Shown here in pieces: positions 9,554-18,861 of a DNA stretch of 64,000 nt (position 1 is the first letter of the stretch; each line of letters starts with the position of its first letter). The stretch spans positions 1-64,000 of the forward strand of contig CAYLXA010000003.1 of assembly GCA_964387845.1 (NCBI GenBank), in the 5' to 3' direction. The translations under genes and the position numbers were made by a program. A model generated the notes under the pieces. That model saw nothing but the letters and a program-made list of their open reading frames with translations. It made no database searches and had not been told where the DNA came from. Source of the stretch: an uncultured bacterium (lineage in GTDB: Bacteria; Omnitrophota; Omnitrophia; Omnitrophales; Abzuiibacteriaceae).

Positions 9554-10620
9554 TAAACGCTGACTTTTTCTCGCTTGGGTGACGCTGAAGGATCAACGAC
9601 TTCGATTTTATCCAAGCCGCCGTATTTTTCCCACCAAGGACGGGCGCCTTTTTCTAAAATCTTGTTGAGGGCTTCGATATTCTTGACGCCGCGGTCATTC
9701 ATCCATTTTTCAAGCGCTGCCCCGCCTTCTTTGCCGTATACCGGAATACCTTCTTTCCAGGTTGCGCGGCCGCAAAGAACACCGGCCCAGTTGGTGCCGG
9801 ATTCGATCGCAAGTTCCAAGGTTTCGCGGAACACATTGTCATCAACACCGGCGCTTAAATAAATAAACGGCTTTGTCGCGACATCCGCGGCTTTCTTGAA
9901 AAGCTTCTTCGCTTCTTCACGCGTATAGGCAACCTGACCGGTTTTGTTGGCAGAAGAGCCTTGCACATACTCAATATTGATCGGAACTTCGACTTTCAAA
10001 ACGTCGACTTTGTATTGCGGCTTCGAAAATTCGCGCATCGAGCCGGTCACGAGCTCGGGTTTCTTTTTCGCGAACTCCAAACCTTTTTCATCGCCGCCTT
10101 TTGCGTCATAAGTGACAAACTCGAGGAAAAACGCAATGTCTTCGGCTTCGCACTCAGAACCAATGCGCTCAACCCACGCGTGTTTGATATCGTTGATTTC
10201 TTTGGTGTCTTCGGGTGTGTAATAAAGAAGAATTTTTACGGCGTCAGCGCCTTTGGCCTTAATGCGCTGAACGGATTCATTCACGAGTAAATCGGGAAGA
10301 CGGCCCGGCGTGTTGGCATCGTAGCCCGTTTTTTCATACGCGAGCAGAAGCCCCGCGTTTTTCGAACGCGCTTTCGCGGCCGGCAGGCCGAATTCGGGAT
10401 CGAGTAAAATCGCGGTTGCATGAGGAGTTAAAACTCTTGAAACGATGGTTTTGAATTCTTCCATCATCGCCTGCGTGACTTGCTTCGCATCGACGCCCTT
10501 GGCTTTCGCGATTGATTTTTGAAGCGAACCACGCTGATCCATGGCCGCTGCGGCGATCACGCCTTTTTTATTGGATAAATTCTTAATTCCCTGAAACTTC
10601 CCTTTTGTAATTTTGAACAT
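9553..10620 (-). CDS. Class I aldolase of the LacD family (tagatose-1,6-bisphosphate aldolase or sulfofructose-phosphate aldolase-like)
   Basis: Strong block identity to LacD over full length: AAMDQRGSL, LLDPEFGLPA, GLLLAYEKTGYD, GRLPD, ERIGSEC.AEDI.FFLE, DVLKVEVP, IYLSAGV, GVLCGRATW. Confidence 0.85.
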   Translation of the reverse strand: MFKITKGKFQGIKNLSNKKGVIAAAAMDQRGSLQKSIAKAKGVDAKQVTQAMMEEFKTIVSRVLTPHATAILLDPEFGLPAAKARSKNAGLLLAYEKTGYDANTPGRLPDLLVNESVQRIKAKGADAVKILLYYTPEDTKEINDIKHAWVERIGSECEAEDIAFFLEFVTYDAKGGDEKGLEFAKKKPELVTGSMREFSKPQYKVDVLKVEVPINIEYVQGSSANKTGQVAYTREEAKKLFKKAADVATKPFIYLSAGVDDNVFRETLELAIESGTNWAGVLCGRATWKEGIPVYGKEGGAALEKWMNDRGVKNIEALNKILEKGARPWWEKYGGLDKIEVVDPSASPKREKVSV

Positions 10621-10640
10621 GTTTTCTCCGTTAACCTTGT

Positions 10641-10961
10641 TTATAAAATAGAATCGATTTCGCTTTTCAAGCGGTCTTCCGGCTGAAAGCCGACAATTTG
10701 TTTAACGTTTTGCCCATTCTTAAAAAGAATGATGGTCGGAATGCCCTGAATGCCGAACTGCTGCGGCGTGTTTTCATTATCATCCACGTTCATTTTCCCG
10801 ACTTTGAGCTTGCCGCTGTAATCCTTGGCGATTTTCTCAACCACGGGGCCCAGCATTTTGCACGGCCCGCACCACTCCGCCCAAAAATCAACCAATACGG
10901 GAATTTTTGAGTCCAAAACTTCGGATTTGAAATTTGCGTCTGTAATCACTGATTCGCTCAT
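10641..10961 (-). CDS. trxA: Thioredoxin
   Basis: WAEWCGPCK active site. 106 aa. Confidence 0.9.
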   Translation of the reverse strand: MSESVITDANFKSEVLDSKIPVLVDFWAEWCGPCKMLGPVVEKIAKDYSGKLKVGKMNVDDNENTPQQFGIQGIPTIILFKNGQNVKQIVGFQPEDRLKSEIDSIL

Positions 10962-10979
10962 GTAAATCTCCTTGTCTAT

Positions 10980-11068
10980 GCTTCAAGCTTCAAGCTTCAG
11001 GCTTCAAGATTAAAGAATTGTGCCGCTTTAAGCTTGCGGCATGCAGCTTGTAGCTGCTTAACTTGCGA
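10980..11068. repeat. Intergenic inverted-repeat element, family B. The left arm is tandem GCTTCAAG/CAAGCnn heptamers, the loop is ~17 nt, and the right arm is tandem AAGCTTGnnGC units.
   Basis: Read directly. The same family occurs at 32806-32848/33218-33263 and 60664-60737. Confidence 0.7.
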
Positions 11069-11135
11069 ATGAGCTTCATATTATATAGCGATGGGTTCTT
11101 TTTGTCCATATAGCCATTTTTATCTGGAAATTGGG

Positions 11136-12026
11136 CTAGTAAACTTCAACCAAGAGGCGCTTTTCGGAGCGGAGAAATTCGGCAAAACCCTCGTTATTGA
11201 GGTCTTTGCCGATCATGTTGAGGAGCGGATAAATGCCGTCTTCCATTCCCTTTAAACCGCAAAGATAAATCAGACTGTTGCTCCGAGAGAAAATTTTGCT
11301 CAGGAGTTCGCGGTCTTCATACATTCTAACTTGTACGTACATTTTGTTTTGGCGGGTCGTGATAGCATTCGGATACGGGTTTGTCTCTTCGCGGCTGATG
11401 GCAATCGAATAATGAAAATTCGGATATTTCGCAGCGAGTGCTTTAAATTCGTTGTCATAAAGAATCGTGTCTTTGTAAGGAACGCCCAGGTAAAGGCAGA
11501 CTTTCTTTTTATAACCGGCTTCGAACATTTCAATCAACATGCCGCGAAACGGTGCAATGCCGGTTCCGGTTGCAACAAAGACGATATCGCGGTCCAGAAA
11601 ATCATCCGGCAATACAAAATGTTTTCCGGCGGGGCCCGTCATTTTGACTTGATCGTTCGGTTTTAAATCACAAAGGTAGTTGCTCGCAACACCCGGCTGG
11701 CGTTTTTGGCCGGTCTTGGGATTATCAAAAAAGTGCCGGACAACACAAATAGAAACCGTTTTGCCATCGCCTTTGTCACCTTTGCGCGTTGACGCAATGG
11801 AATAAAGCCTGAGGCCGTTTGGTTTTCCGCTGCGGGAATCAACCCCCGGCGGGATGATGCCCACGCTTTGGCCTGGAACGTACGGGTAATTGCCGTCAAA
11901 GCGGATGACAATGTGGCGCACATCATTGTCAAGCCCGTGCGCCGCGCCTGTAATCCGTTTGTTGTCAACAATCGTGCCGGACAACGGATTATTTAGTTTG
12001 TAAATATTAACTGCTAGTTCGGTCAT
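11136..12026 (-). CDS. Ferredoxin-NADP+ reductase (plant-type FNR family)
   Basis: RLYSIAS FAD-binding motif, GTGIAPFR NADP-binding motif, CLYLG. Confidence 0.85.
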   Translation of the reverse strand: MTELAVNIYKLNNPLSGTIVDNKRITGAAHGLDNDVRHIVIRFDGNYPYVPGQSVGIIPPGVDSRSGKPNGLRLYSIASTRKGDKGDGKTVSICVVRHFFDNPKTGQKRQPGVASNYLCDLKPNDQVKMTGPAGKHFVLPDDFLDRDIVFVATGTGIAPFRGMLIEMFEAGYKKKVCLYLGVPYKDTILYDNEFKALAAKYPNFHYSIAISREETNPYPNAITTRQNKMYVQVRMYEDRELLSKIFSRSNSLIYLCGLKGMEDGIYPLLNMIGKDLNNEGFAEFLRSEKRLLVEVY

Positions 12027-12065
12027 GATTCTCCTATAACAACCCGATCATTTATTCATTGGTAA

Positions 12066-12120
12066 TCATGACCGCCCTTGCGCTATTAGTTGTATATAAA
12101 AGCGCAACGGGCACTCATAT
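12066..12120. promoter_or_regulatory. Conserved palindromic element E, copy 2: CCGCCCTTGCGCT - ATTAGTTGTATATAAA - AGCGCAACGGGC. It ends 40 nt upstream of the FNR start.
   Basis: Paralogous to 8444-8498, with the same spacing to the downstream start codon. Confidence 0.5.
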
Positions 12121-12138
12121 GACTCCATTTTAAAGACG

Positions 12139-12213
12139 GACTTCGAACATCGAACCTAGAACATCATTTTCAGTATTGACCTACGTTCGAAGTTCCAGGT
12201 TCGAGGTTCGATA
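12139..12213. repeat. Inverted-repeat element, family A (TCGAAC heptamer arms), copy 2
   Basis: Arms 12139-12165 and 12183-12213 are read directly. Confidence 0.7.
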
Positions 12214-12234
12214 CTTTCTGCTATAATCCGCATT

Positions 12235-12624
12235 ATGAATGAAATTCGCCTCTTGCAATTCCTTATTTGTAAAGAATTTCGCGAAGAAGGTCAAGATGCT
12301 TATTGCGCGGGGTTTGTGCGCAGCAATCTCTATGTTCCCGAGTTTCCATTTTACCTGACCGACCTGCATGCTGTCACCTGCTGGCAGAAAGACGGGCGGT
12401 TTCACAAAGAAGTGATCGAATACGCCACCGATTACGGCGAATCGGTCAAAAGCCCGCATATGGACATTGAGCCGGCCAAAGGGAGTGTAATTTTCCGCTG
12501 GCACGCGCATCAATTTCCGACTGATTTCGCGATTGAGCGGCCGACCACTCTGACGGTTCGCGTGATTCTCGACTGGGAAGTCAAATTTGAATCACAGCTC
12601 ATGATTGAGAAACGACCGGCATAA
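12235..12624 (+). CDS. Hypothetical protein (129 aa) bracketed by two family-A elements
   Basis: A TATAAT at 12222-12227 lies only 7 nt before the ATG, suggesting a leaderless transcript. No recognisable domain. Confidence 0.4.
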   Translation: MNEIRLLQFLICKEFREEGQDAYCAGFVRSNLYVPEFPFYLTDLHAVTCWQKDGRFHKEVIEYATDYGESVKSPHMDIEPAKGSVIFRWHAHQFPTDFAIERPTTLTVRVILDWEVKFESQLMIEKRPA

Positions 12625-12630
12625 TTACGA

Positions 12631-12716
12631 GCGAACATCGAACTTCGGACATCGAACATCGTATCAATTATTGGTTCAATTCTCGATGTTCGAGGTTCTA
12701 TGTTTGAAGTCCGATA
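12631..12716. repeat. Inverted-repeat element, family A, copy 3
   Basis: Arms 12631-12661 (CGAACATCGAACTTCGGACATCGAACATC) and 12683-12716 are read directly. Confidence 0.7.
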
Positions 12717-12913
12717 TTTTTTAGCAACTGAACTCATGCTGAAGCCGCGTCGCCGGAAACCAAACCATTCCTTTGCTGCATTCCCCACCGCAATCATCGA
12801 AAGCGCTTTTTGGCATGAAATAAAAGATATCGCCTAGAACATAAAAAGGCGAGAAAAGGTAGAATTTCATACAACCAAAGAAAAGTAAATATACAAAGAT
12901 ATATCGGTAGCTT

Positions 12914-15508
12914 TTACGCATGAGTCCCATTAAAGCAAAAACCATTGCTTTTGTCATCTACAGAAACATGCACCGTATCGCCATCCTTGTAATCACCGGA
13001 AAGAAGCCGTAAAGCCAGCGGATCTTGGATGCCGCGCTGAATCAAGCGACGTAAGGGTCTTGCGCCATATTCAGGGTCATATCCCTCAAATGCTAGTTTG
13101 TCTTTTGCTTTCTTTTCAATCTTGATATGAAGATTTCGAGCTGCCAGTTTTCGATCAAGCTCTAAAAGTTCGAGTTCCACAATTTTTTGAATATCACTTG
13201 AAGATAATTTATTGAAAATTACTATTTCATCCAAGCGATTTAAGAATTCCGGTTTGAAATTCTTCTTCAACTCTTCCTGAATATTTTTCCTCAAAGATTC
13301 CTTAGACTCGACATCATTGAAATAATGTGAGCCGATGTTAGAAGTCATAATAATAACCGTGTTTTTAAAATTGACAACACGGCCTTGGCCGTCCGTTAAG
13401 CGGCCGTCTTCTAAAATTTGAAGCAGCACGTTAAATACATCCGGATGCGCTTTTTCGATTTCATCAAACAGAATCACCGAGTAAGGTCTCCGGCGAACTC
13501 GCTCTGTTAATTGTCCGCCTTCTTCGTAACCTACATATCCGGGCGGAGCGCCGATCAAACGGCTTGTGGAATGCTTTTCCATATATTCTGACATATCGAT
13601 CCGAATGAGCGCATTTTCATCGTCAAACAAAAACCACGCCAAACTCTTTGCTAAATAAGTTTTCCCGACTCCGGTCGGGCCCAAGAAAATGAACGACCCA
13701 ATTGGACGATTTATATCGGAAAGCCCTGAGCGTGAGCGGCGAACTGCATTTGAAATGAGCGAGATTGCCTCATCCTGACCGACCACGCGGGCTTGAAGCT
13801 GCTTTTCCATATGAACCAGTTTCTCGACCTCGCCTTGCATTAATTTTGAAACAGGAATGCCTGTCCATTTAGACACAATTTCCGCAATATCTTCTTCGCC
13901 AACTTCTTCTTGAAGCATTTTGCTTTTCTTTTGAATTTCCTGAAATTTTTTATTCTCGACTTCTAGCTTTTTTTCAAACTCGCGAAGTCTACCGTACCTA
14001 ATTTCGGCCACTTTATCCAACTTTCCTTCCTTTTCAAGGCGCGACTCTTCAAGTTTTGCTTTTTCAATATCTTCTTTAATTCGTCGAATTGAATCAATTG
14101 CCGCTTTTTCATTACTCCATCGAAGTTTCATTTCATCGCGTCTCGACTTAAGCTCGGAAAGTTCTTCCTCCAATTTTTTACGGCGATCCCCGGATGCTTT
14201 ATCGCTTTCTTTCTTCAATGCTTGTTTTTCAATTTCAAACTGCATGATCTTGCGCTCAAGAATATCGATTTCGGTCGGAAGGCTGTCGATCTCAATACGT
14301 AACTTGGAGGCAGCTTCATCAATCAGGTCAATCGCTTTGTCCGGCAAAAATCTATCAGTAATATAGCGATGAGAAAGTGTCGCGGCAGCAATAAGCGCAT
14401 CATCCTTTACTCGAACGCCATGAAAGATTTCGTAACGTTCTTTCAGGCCGCGCAAGATTGCGATCGTATCTTCAACCGTAGGTTCGCCGATAAAAATGGG
14501 CTGAAATCTGCGTTCAAGCGCTTTGTCTTTTTCAATATATTTTCTGTATTCATCAAGTGTGGTCGCGCCAATACAGCGAAGTTCTCCGCGTGCAAGCGCA
14601 GGCTTTAACATGTTGGAAGCATCGACAGCCCCTTCAGCTCCGCCGGCGCCAACAATAGTATGAAGTTCGTCAATAAAAAGAACGATTTCGCCGGCCTTCG
14701 ATTCAACTTCTTTTAAAACCGCTTTTAAGCGATCTTCAAATTCTCCTCGATATTTCGAACCGGCAACCATAGCTCCGATGTCGAGCGCTATAATTCGTTT
14801 ATTTTTAAGAAGTGTTGGGATGTCTCCATCTGCGATTCTTTTTGCAAGACCTTCTACTATCGCTGTTTTTCCGGTTCCCGGGTCTCCGATCAAGACCGGA
14901 TTATTTTTAGTACGGCGTGAAAGCACTTGAATTGCGCGACGAATTTCTGAGTCGCGGCCTATCACTGGATCCAACTTACCTTGCCTGGCAAGCTGTGTAA
15001 GGTCGCGGCCATATTTTTCAAGTGCTTGATATTTCTGTTCGGGATTTTGATCTGAGACACGATGAACGCCGCGCACTTCTTTCAATGCCTTCAGAATCGC
15101 ATTTCTTTCGATACCATGCTTTTTGAGAAGGGGCTGAAGCTTTGAATCTTTCTCTTGAGAAATCGCGAGAAGCAGATGTTCGATGCTTACATAATCATCC
15201 TTTAAAACTTCCGCTTCTCTCGCGGTTTGATCCAATAACTTCTTCAAATGCGGCGAAAAAAATGCTTGAGTGTCATTGCCCTCTACTTTTGGATTTGAAT
15301 CTATTAAACTTTGAATATCGTTCTGAAGCAAACCAACATTGGTGCCCAATTTTTGAAGAATGGGCACAGCAATTGAATCTTCGATTGTCAAAAGCGCCAG
15401 GAAAAGATGTTCCACTCGCACTTCTTGATTGCCGTGATTTCTTGCAATCTCAAGTGATGCTTGAACACTTTCCTGCGCTTTTAGTGTTAGCTTGTCCATC
15501 CTGAACAT
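12914..15508 (-). CDS. clpB: ATP-dependent chaperone ClpB (Hsp104 family disaggregase)
   Basis: Two AAA+ modules (GDPGTGKT and GPTGVGKT Walker A), a long coiled-coil middle domain and an N-terminal Clp_N repeat. 864 aa. Confidence 0.95.
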   Translation of the reverse strand: MFRMDKLTLKAQESVQASLEIARNHGNQEVRVEHLFLALLTIEDSIAVPILQKLGTNVGLLQNDIQSLIDSNPKVEGNDTQAFFSPHLKKLLDQTAREAEVLKDDYVSIEHLLLAISQEKDSKLQPLLKKHGIERNAILKALKEVRGVHRVSDQNPEQKYQALEKYGRDLTQLARQGKLDPVIGRDSEIRRAIQVLSRRTKNNPVLIGDPGTGKTAIVEGLAKRIADGDIPTLLKNKRIIALDIGAMVAGSKYRGEFEDRLKAVLKEVESKAGEIVLFIDELHTIVGAGGAEGAVDASNMLKPALARGELRCIGATTLDEYRKYIEKDKALERRFQPIFIGEPTVEDTIAILRGLKERYEIFHGVRVKDDALIAAATLSHRYITDRFLPDKAIDLIDEAASKLRIEIDSLPTEIDILERKIMQFEIEKQALKKESDKASGDRRKKLEEELSELKSRRDEMKLRWSNEKAAIDSIRRIKEDIEKAKLEESRLEKEGKLDKVAEIRYGRLREFEKKLEVENKKFQEIQKKSKMLQEEVGEEDIAEIVSKWTGIPVSKLMQGEVEKLVHMEKQLQARVVGQDEAISLISNAVRRSRSGLSDINRPIGSFIFLGPTGVGKTYLAKSLAWFLFDDENALIRIDMSEYMEKHSTSRLIGAPPGYVGYEEGGQLTERVRRRPYSVILFDEIEKAHPDVFNVLLQILEDGRLTDGQGRVVNFKNTVIIMTSNIGSHYFNDVESKESLRKNIQEELKKNFKPEFLNRLDEIVIFNKLSSSDIQKIVELELLELDRKLAARNLHIKIEKKAKDKLAFEGYDPEYGARPLRRLIQRGIQDPLALRLLSGDYKDGDTVHVSVDDKSNGFCFNGTHA

Positions 15509-15523
15509 ATTACCCTCTTTCTA

Positions 15524-16288
15524 TTACTTCACTTCGATTTTTGGTTTTTCTTTCTTCTCTTCTGCCTGCGGAACTATTTTTGCAATTTTTACCACTAAGA
15601 CGCCATTTTTATATTCTGCGCTAATGTCATCCTGATTGGCATCTGCCGGCAGCGGAACAGCCCGGCTGAAAGACCCAAAACTTCGTTCGGCACGATAGAA
15701 ATTGCCGTGCTCGTCGGTTTCTTCCGACTCGGTTTTTCGGTTACCTGAAATTACAAGGAAATGATCCCTTACTTCTACATTAATTTGATCTTTTTCCATT
15801 CCCGGCAAATCAATTTTCACAACATAATGTGTATTTGATTCATCGACATCGATTTCCGGCTCATAAAAGGTGTGCTGTTCGAAAAAACCAGGTTTGGAAA
15901 AACTTGTCGCACGACTGAAACTATCGCGAAACATCCGGTTCATACGCTGCTGAATTTGCTCCATTTCATAAAATGGGTCATACTGATCAAAGCTAGATTG
16001 AAAGCTGAATGTAAATGGGTCAAAACTGCCAGCCGCAGAAGCACCGCTCAGCGCCTGCTGATGGCTGCGTATTTTTTCAGCTTTTGAATCAAATTTTTTA
16101 TCAGCTTTTCTTAGATCATGCGTTTTGTAATTTTTACTTTTTTGATCAGATTGAATTTTCCAAAGGTAAGCTGACTGGGTAATCAATCCAATGGTTAGGA
16201 TAATGACTAAGATGGTAAGTAACTTATTGCTCTTCATGATAAAATCCTCCTTACTTAAAACTAGGCCACCGGAACCCAAAGCCGGCAT
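15524..16288 (-). CDS. Hsp20/alpha-crystallin family small heat-shock protein with an N-terminal membrane anchor
   Basis: ACD core: YVVKIDLPGM...FYRAERSFGSFSRAVPLP...AEYKNGVLVVKI. Confidence 0.8.
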   Translation of the reverse strand: MPALGSGGLVLSKEDFIMKSNKLLTILVIILTIGLITQSAYLWKIQSDQKSKNYKTHDLRKADKKFDSKAEKIRSHQQALSGASAAGSFDPFTFSFQSSFDQYDPFYEMEQIQQRMNRMFRDSFSRATSFSKPGFFEQHTFYEPEIDVDESNTHYVVKIDLPGMEKDQINVEVRDHFLVISGNRKTESEETDEHGNFYRAERSFGSFSRAVPLPADANQDDISAEYKNGVLVVKIAKIVPQAEEKKEKPKIEVK

Positions 16289-16305
16289 TCCGATGGCCTA
16301 ACTAT

Positions 16306-16773
16306 TTACTCGACTTGCACATCAATCTTCTTGGGCTGCAACTCTGCTCGTTTTGGGAGTGTCAGCTCAAGAACGCCGTTTTTGTAAACAGCTTTTACTT
16401 TGCTCGCATCCACAGCGGTGGGAAGCTGAATGGCTCTGTGAAAGCTTCCATAGAACCTTTCCTTGCGGATGTAGTTTTTCTCTTTTTCTTCTTTCTCCTG
16501 CTTTTTTTCGCCCTGCAAAATGAGATGGTCATTTTCAATAGTGACATTTATCTCATCTTTGCTGAGGCCTGGAGCATCTACTTTCACCATCAAATGATCT
16601 TTCGCATCATCAATATCAACTGCAGGGCCCCAAGCATAGGCTTGCGCTAAATTGCGGGTAGTCCATTTTGATAATGGAAAATCAAACAAATGGCTAATTT
16701 CATTTTCAAGATCCTCAAACCCTGCAAATGGCTCCAGCCAATTATCTCTTTTTCTCCAAGGTACAAGTTTCAT
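16306..16773 (-). CDS. Hsp20/alpha-crystallin family small heat-shock protein
   Basis: ACD core: MVKVDAPGLSKDEI...FYGSFHRAIQLP...AVYKNGVLELTLPK. Confidence 0.85.
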   Translation of the reverse strand: MKLVPWRKRDNWLEPFAGFEDLENEISHLFDFPLSKWTTRNLAQAYAWGPAVDIDDAKDHLMVKVDAPGLSKDEINVTIENDHLILQGEKKQEKEEKEKNYIRKERFYGSFHRAIQLPTAVDASKVKAVYKNGVLELTLPKRAELQPKKIDVQVE

Positions 16774-16933
16774 GGTGAATCCTCCTTTTTAAAATGGATG
16801 TTTGTTGATTCCAATTCTATAATTGCATCTAAAATGCCAAAATCTATAAATTTTATAAGTTATTTATTTATAATGACTTACAATAATTTAAAGGATTTTG
16901 ATTTTTTGTACACTTGTATCAATCTGACACAAA

Positions 16934-16957
16934 GCCTGTGTAAATTTGGGCACAGGC
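16934..16957 (-). terminator. Hairpin GCCTGTG-N10-CACAGGC directly after the TPR gene stop, followed by a T-rich run on the minus strand.
   Basis: Read directly. Confidence 0.35.
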
Positions 16958-16961
16958 CGAG

Positions 16962-17333
16962 TTATTTCAGGAAAGATCGGAGTCTTGAGGGAATCAATGC
17001 CAGAAATTCAGGATGGTTGTGCAGGTTTTTTAAATCTCTGTCTTTCAGAAGATAATTGAAATCGCTGTAGCCTAACTCAACGGCTTTCTGAAGCGCATTC
17101 AGCGCTTCCTTGGGTTGGCTCAGCAGCGCGTAAGAACAGGCAAGATTGTAATGAACGACGGGGTCAGATTTTCGGAGCCGCGCCAGGCGTTTGTCAATCG
17201 TCAGCCCTTTTTTATGAAGGCCTTTCTTGGTATAAGCCTCTGCGAGCGGGATTAAAGCATCGACAAACCGCGGGTTGTCTTTGACGAGTCCTTCGAAAAA
17301 TCTGATTTCAAAATCAACGGAGCTGGTTCTCAT
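16962..17333 (-). CDS. TPR-repeat protein
   Basis: TPR-like helical repeats (AEAYTKKGLHKKGL..., YNLACSYALLSQPKEALNALQKAVELG). Confidence 0.55.
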   Translation of the reverse strand: MRTSSVDFEIRFFEGLVKDNPRFVDALIPLAEAYTKKGLHKKGLTIDKRLARLRKSDPVVHYNLACSYALLSQPKEALNALQKAVELGYSDFNYLLKDRDLKNLHNHPEFLALIPSRLRSFLK

Positions 17334-17764
17334 GACCCCGGAATTTTAATTTTGAATGTGGCCGGGTCTTTATGCTCCGAATCAACTCTGGGCGGCTCCA
17401 GCTCGGTTTGTTGGCCATGGCCGAGCGTCACGATATTCGAAACACCTTTTACGGCTGAGCGAGTCAGCTCGCCTGCGCCCCGTTCGATTCCCTTCAAAGT
17501 TCCCACAATCGGCGGACCGGATTTTGTTTCGGCAATGGTGCTTTCCACAAGCCCGACCGGGGCCGTTCCTACTTCGCGGACACCGGAAGCCACAGCGCTT
17601 AACGGGCGTTCCGCCGGCTGCTCCTCCGTTTGTTCTTCAGTTGGTTGAGAATCTGCAACGGGCGTTACATCGGCTTGAAGAAAGAACGGATAAAAAGCCA
17701 AAACTGAAATCAGCAACAAATAAATTAAATTTTTGTTCATAGGAGCTCCCCATTTCTTAGTCAC
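17330..17764 (-). CDS. Small secreted protein, paralogous to the 26482-26958 product
   Basis: Signal peptide. Shared core ETKSGPPIVGTLKGI..G...R.A..G...IVTL matches TKNGPPLFGTLQGLGTG...R...GALDIVTF. Confidence 0.55.
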   Translation of the reverse strand: MTKKWGAPMNKNLIYLLLISVLAFYPFFLQADVTPVADSQPTEEQTEEQPAERPLSAVASGVREVGTAPVGLVESTIAETKSGPPIVGTLKGIERGAGELTRSAVKGVSNIVTLGHGQQTELEPPRVDSEHKDPATFKIKIPGS

Positions 17765-17795
17765 AATACTAGCCGAGGAAAATTAAATTGTCTAC

Positions 17796-18839
17796 CTACT
17801 TCCAGACACCGGGAATTTTCATCCGGCATTTTGAACATTCGCTGCCCTTCAAATGATTCTGCAAAACCTGAAAACCGAAACGTTCTATCAAAAGCGTTTT
17901 GCAGGATGGGCAGTACGTGTTTTCGCCGGTTCCGACTTTGCCCGGCAAATTTCCCGGGTAAACATAGCAGAGCCCGGCTTTTTTTCCGATTTCGGCGGCT
18001 TTCATTAATATAGAAGCCTGGGTATTTGGCCGGTCGTTCATCAAATAATCCGGATGAAAAGACGTGACGTGCCAAGGGATATCCGGAGAAATCCGAACCA
18101 AAAATTCTGCTATGTCCTGAAGCTCTCTTTCTGAATCATTGAAGCCGGGTACGATAAGCGTCACGATTTCCATCCAAAATCCCATCTCATGCACAAGCTT
18201 CACGGAATCTAAAACTGCCTGAAGATTTCCGCCAAGCTCCGCGTAACTTTTTGGCCGGAATCCTTTGAGGTCAATTTTATAAAAATCCGTGTAAGGCCGG
18301 ATATATTCCAAAACTTCGCGCGTTGCGTTTCCGTTTGAAACATACGCTGTGTATAGCCCCGCTTTTTTTGCTTCTATAAATATGTGGCGCGCCCATTCGC
18401 TTGTGATCAAGGGCTCGTTGTAAGTACTGACAAGGGTTTTGGAGCCAAGCCTAACTGCTTCTTGCACCAAATTTTTAGCGTCAAACTCTTGAAGTGACGG
18501 GGTTGATTTTTCATCTCGAAGTGCTTGAGAGGTAAACCAATTTTGACAATACCCGCAATGATAATCGCAGCCGAGCATTCCGAAACTGAGCGCGCTCGTT
18601 CCCGGCAGCGCGTGGAAGAAAGGCTTCTTTTCGATCGGATCTAATTGAAGGGCCCCGACATAGCCCCAAGGCGCGCGAAGTGTGCCTTCATCAATATAAC
18701 GGACCTTGCAAATACCGCGCTGGCCTTCTTTTAATAAACAACGATGCGCGCAGGCAACGCAGCGAATACGGCCGTTCTCGGAATGAAAAAGTTCTGCGGG
18801 GTGAGTGTGTTCATCTAAAACTTCCTGCAAGGTTTTCAT
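17796..18839 (-). CDS. AmmeMemoRadiSam-system radical SAM enzyme
   Basis: MLGCDYHCGYCQNW (CxxxCxxC followed by QNW) is typical of this subfamily. Extra C-terminal Cys pairs. ~347 aa. Confidence 0.65.
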   Translation of the reverse strand: MKTLQEVLDEHTHPAELFHSENGRIRCVACAHRCLLKEGQRGICKVRYIDEGTLRAPWGYVGALQLDPIEKKPFFHALPGTSALSFGMLGCDYHCGYCQNWFTSQALRDEKSTPSLQEFDAKNLVQEAVRLGSKTLVSTYNEPLITSEWARHIFIEAKKAGLYTAYVSNGNATREVLEYIRPYTDFYKIDLKGFRPKSYAELGGNLQAVLDSVKLVHEMGFWMEIVTLIVPGFNDSERELQDIAEFLVRISPDIPWHVTSFHPDYLMNDRPNTQASILMKAAEIGKKAGLCYVYPGNLPGKVGTGENTYCPSCKTLLIERFGFQVLQNHLKGSECSKCRMKIPGVWK

Positions 18840-18861
18840 TTGAGAAAACCTCCCTAACCGA

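Noticed and set aside
12139-12213. GGTTCGAT/TTCGAAC strings resembling a tRNA T-arm
   Set aside because: They are part of the family-A heptamer arrays. No acceptor stem, anticodon arm or cloverleaf can be built.
14369-15504. Plus-strand ORFs of 79 and 120 aa inside clpB
   Set aside because: Nested antisense to a highly conserved gene, with no RBS.
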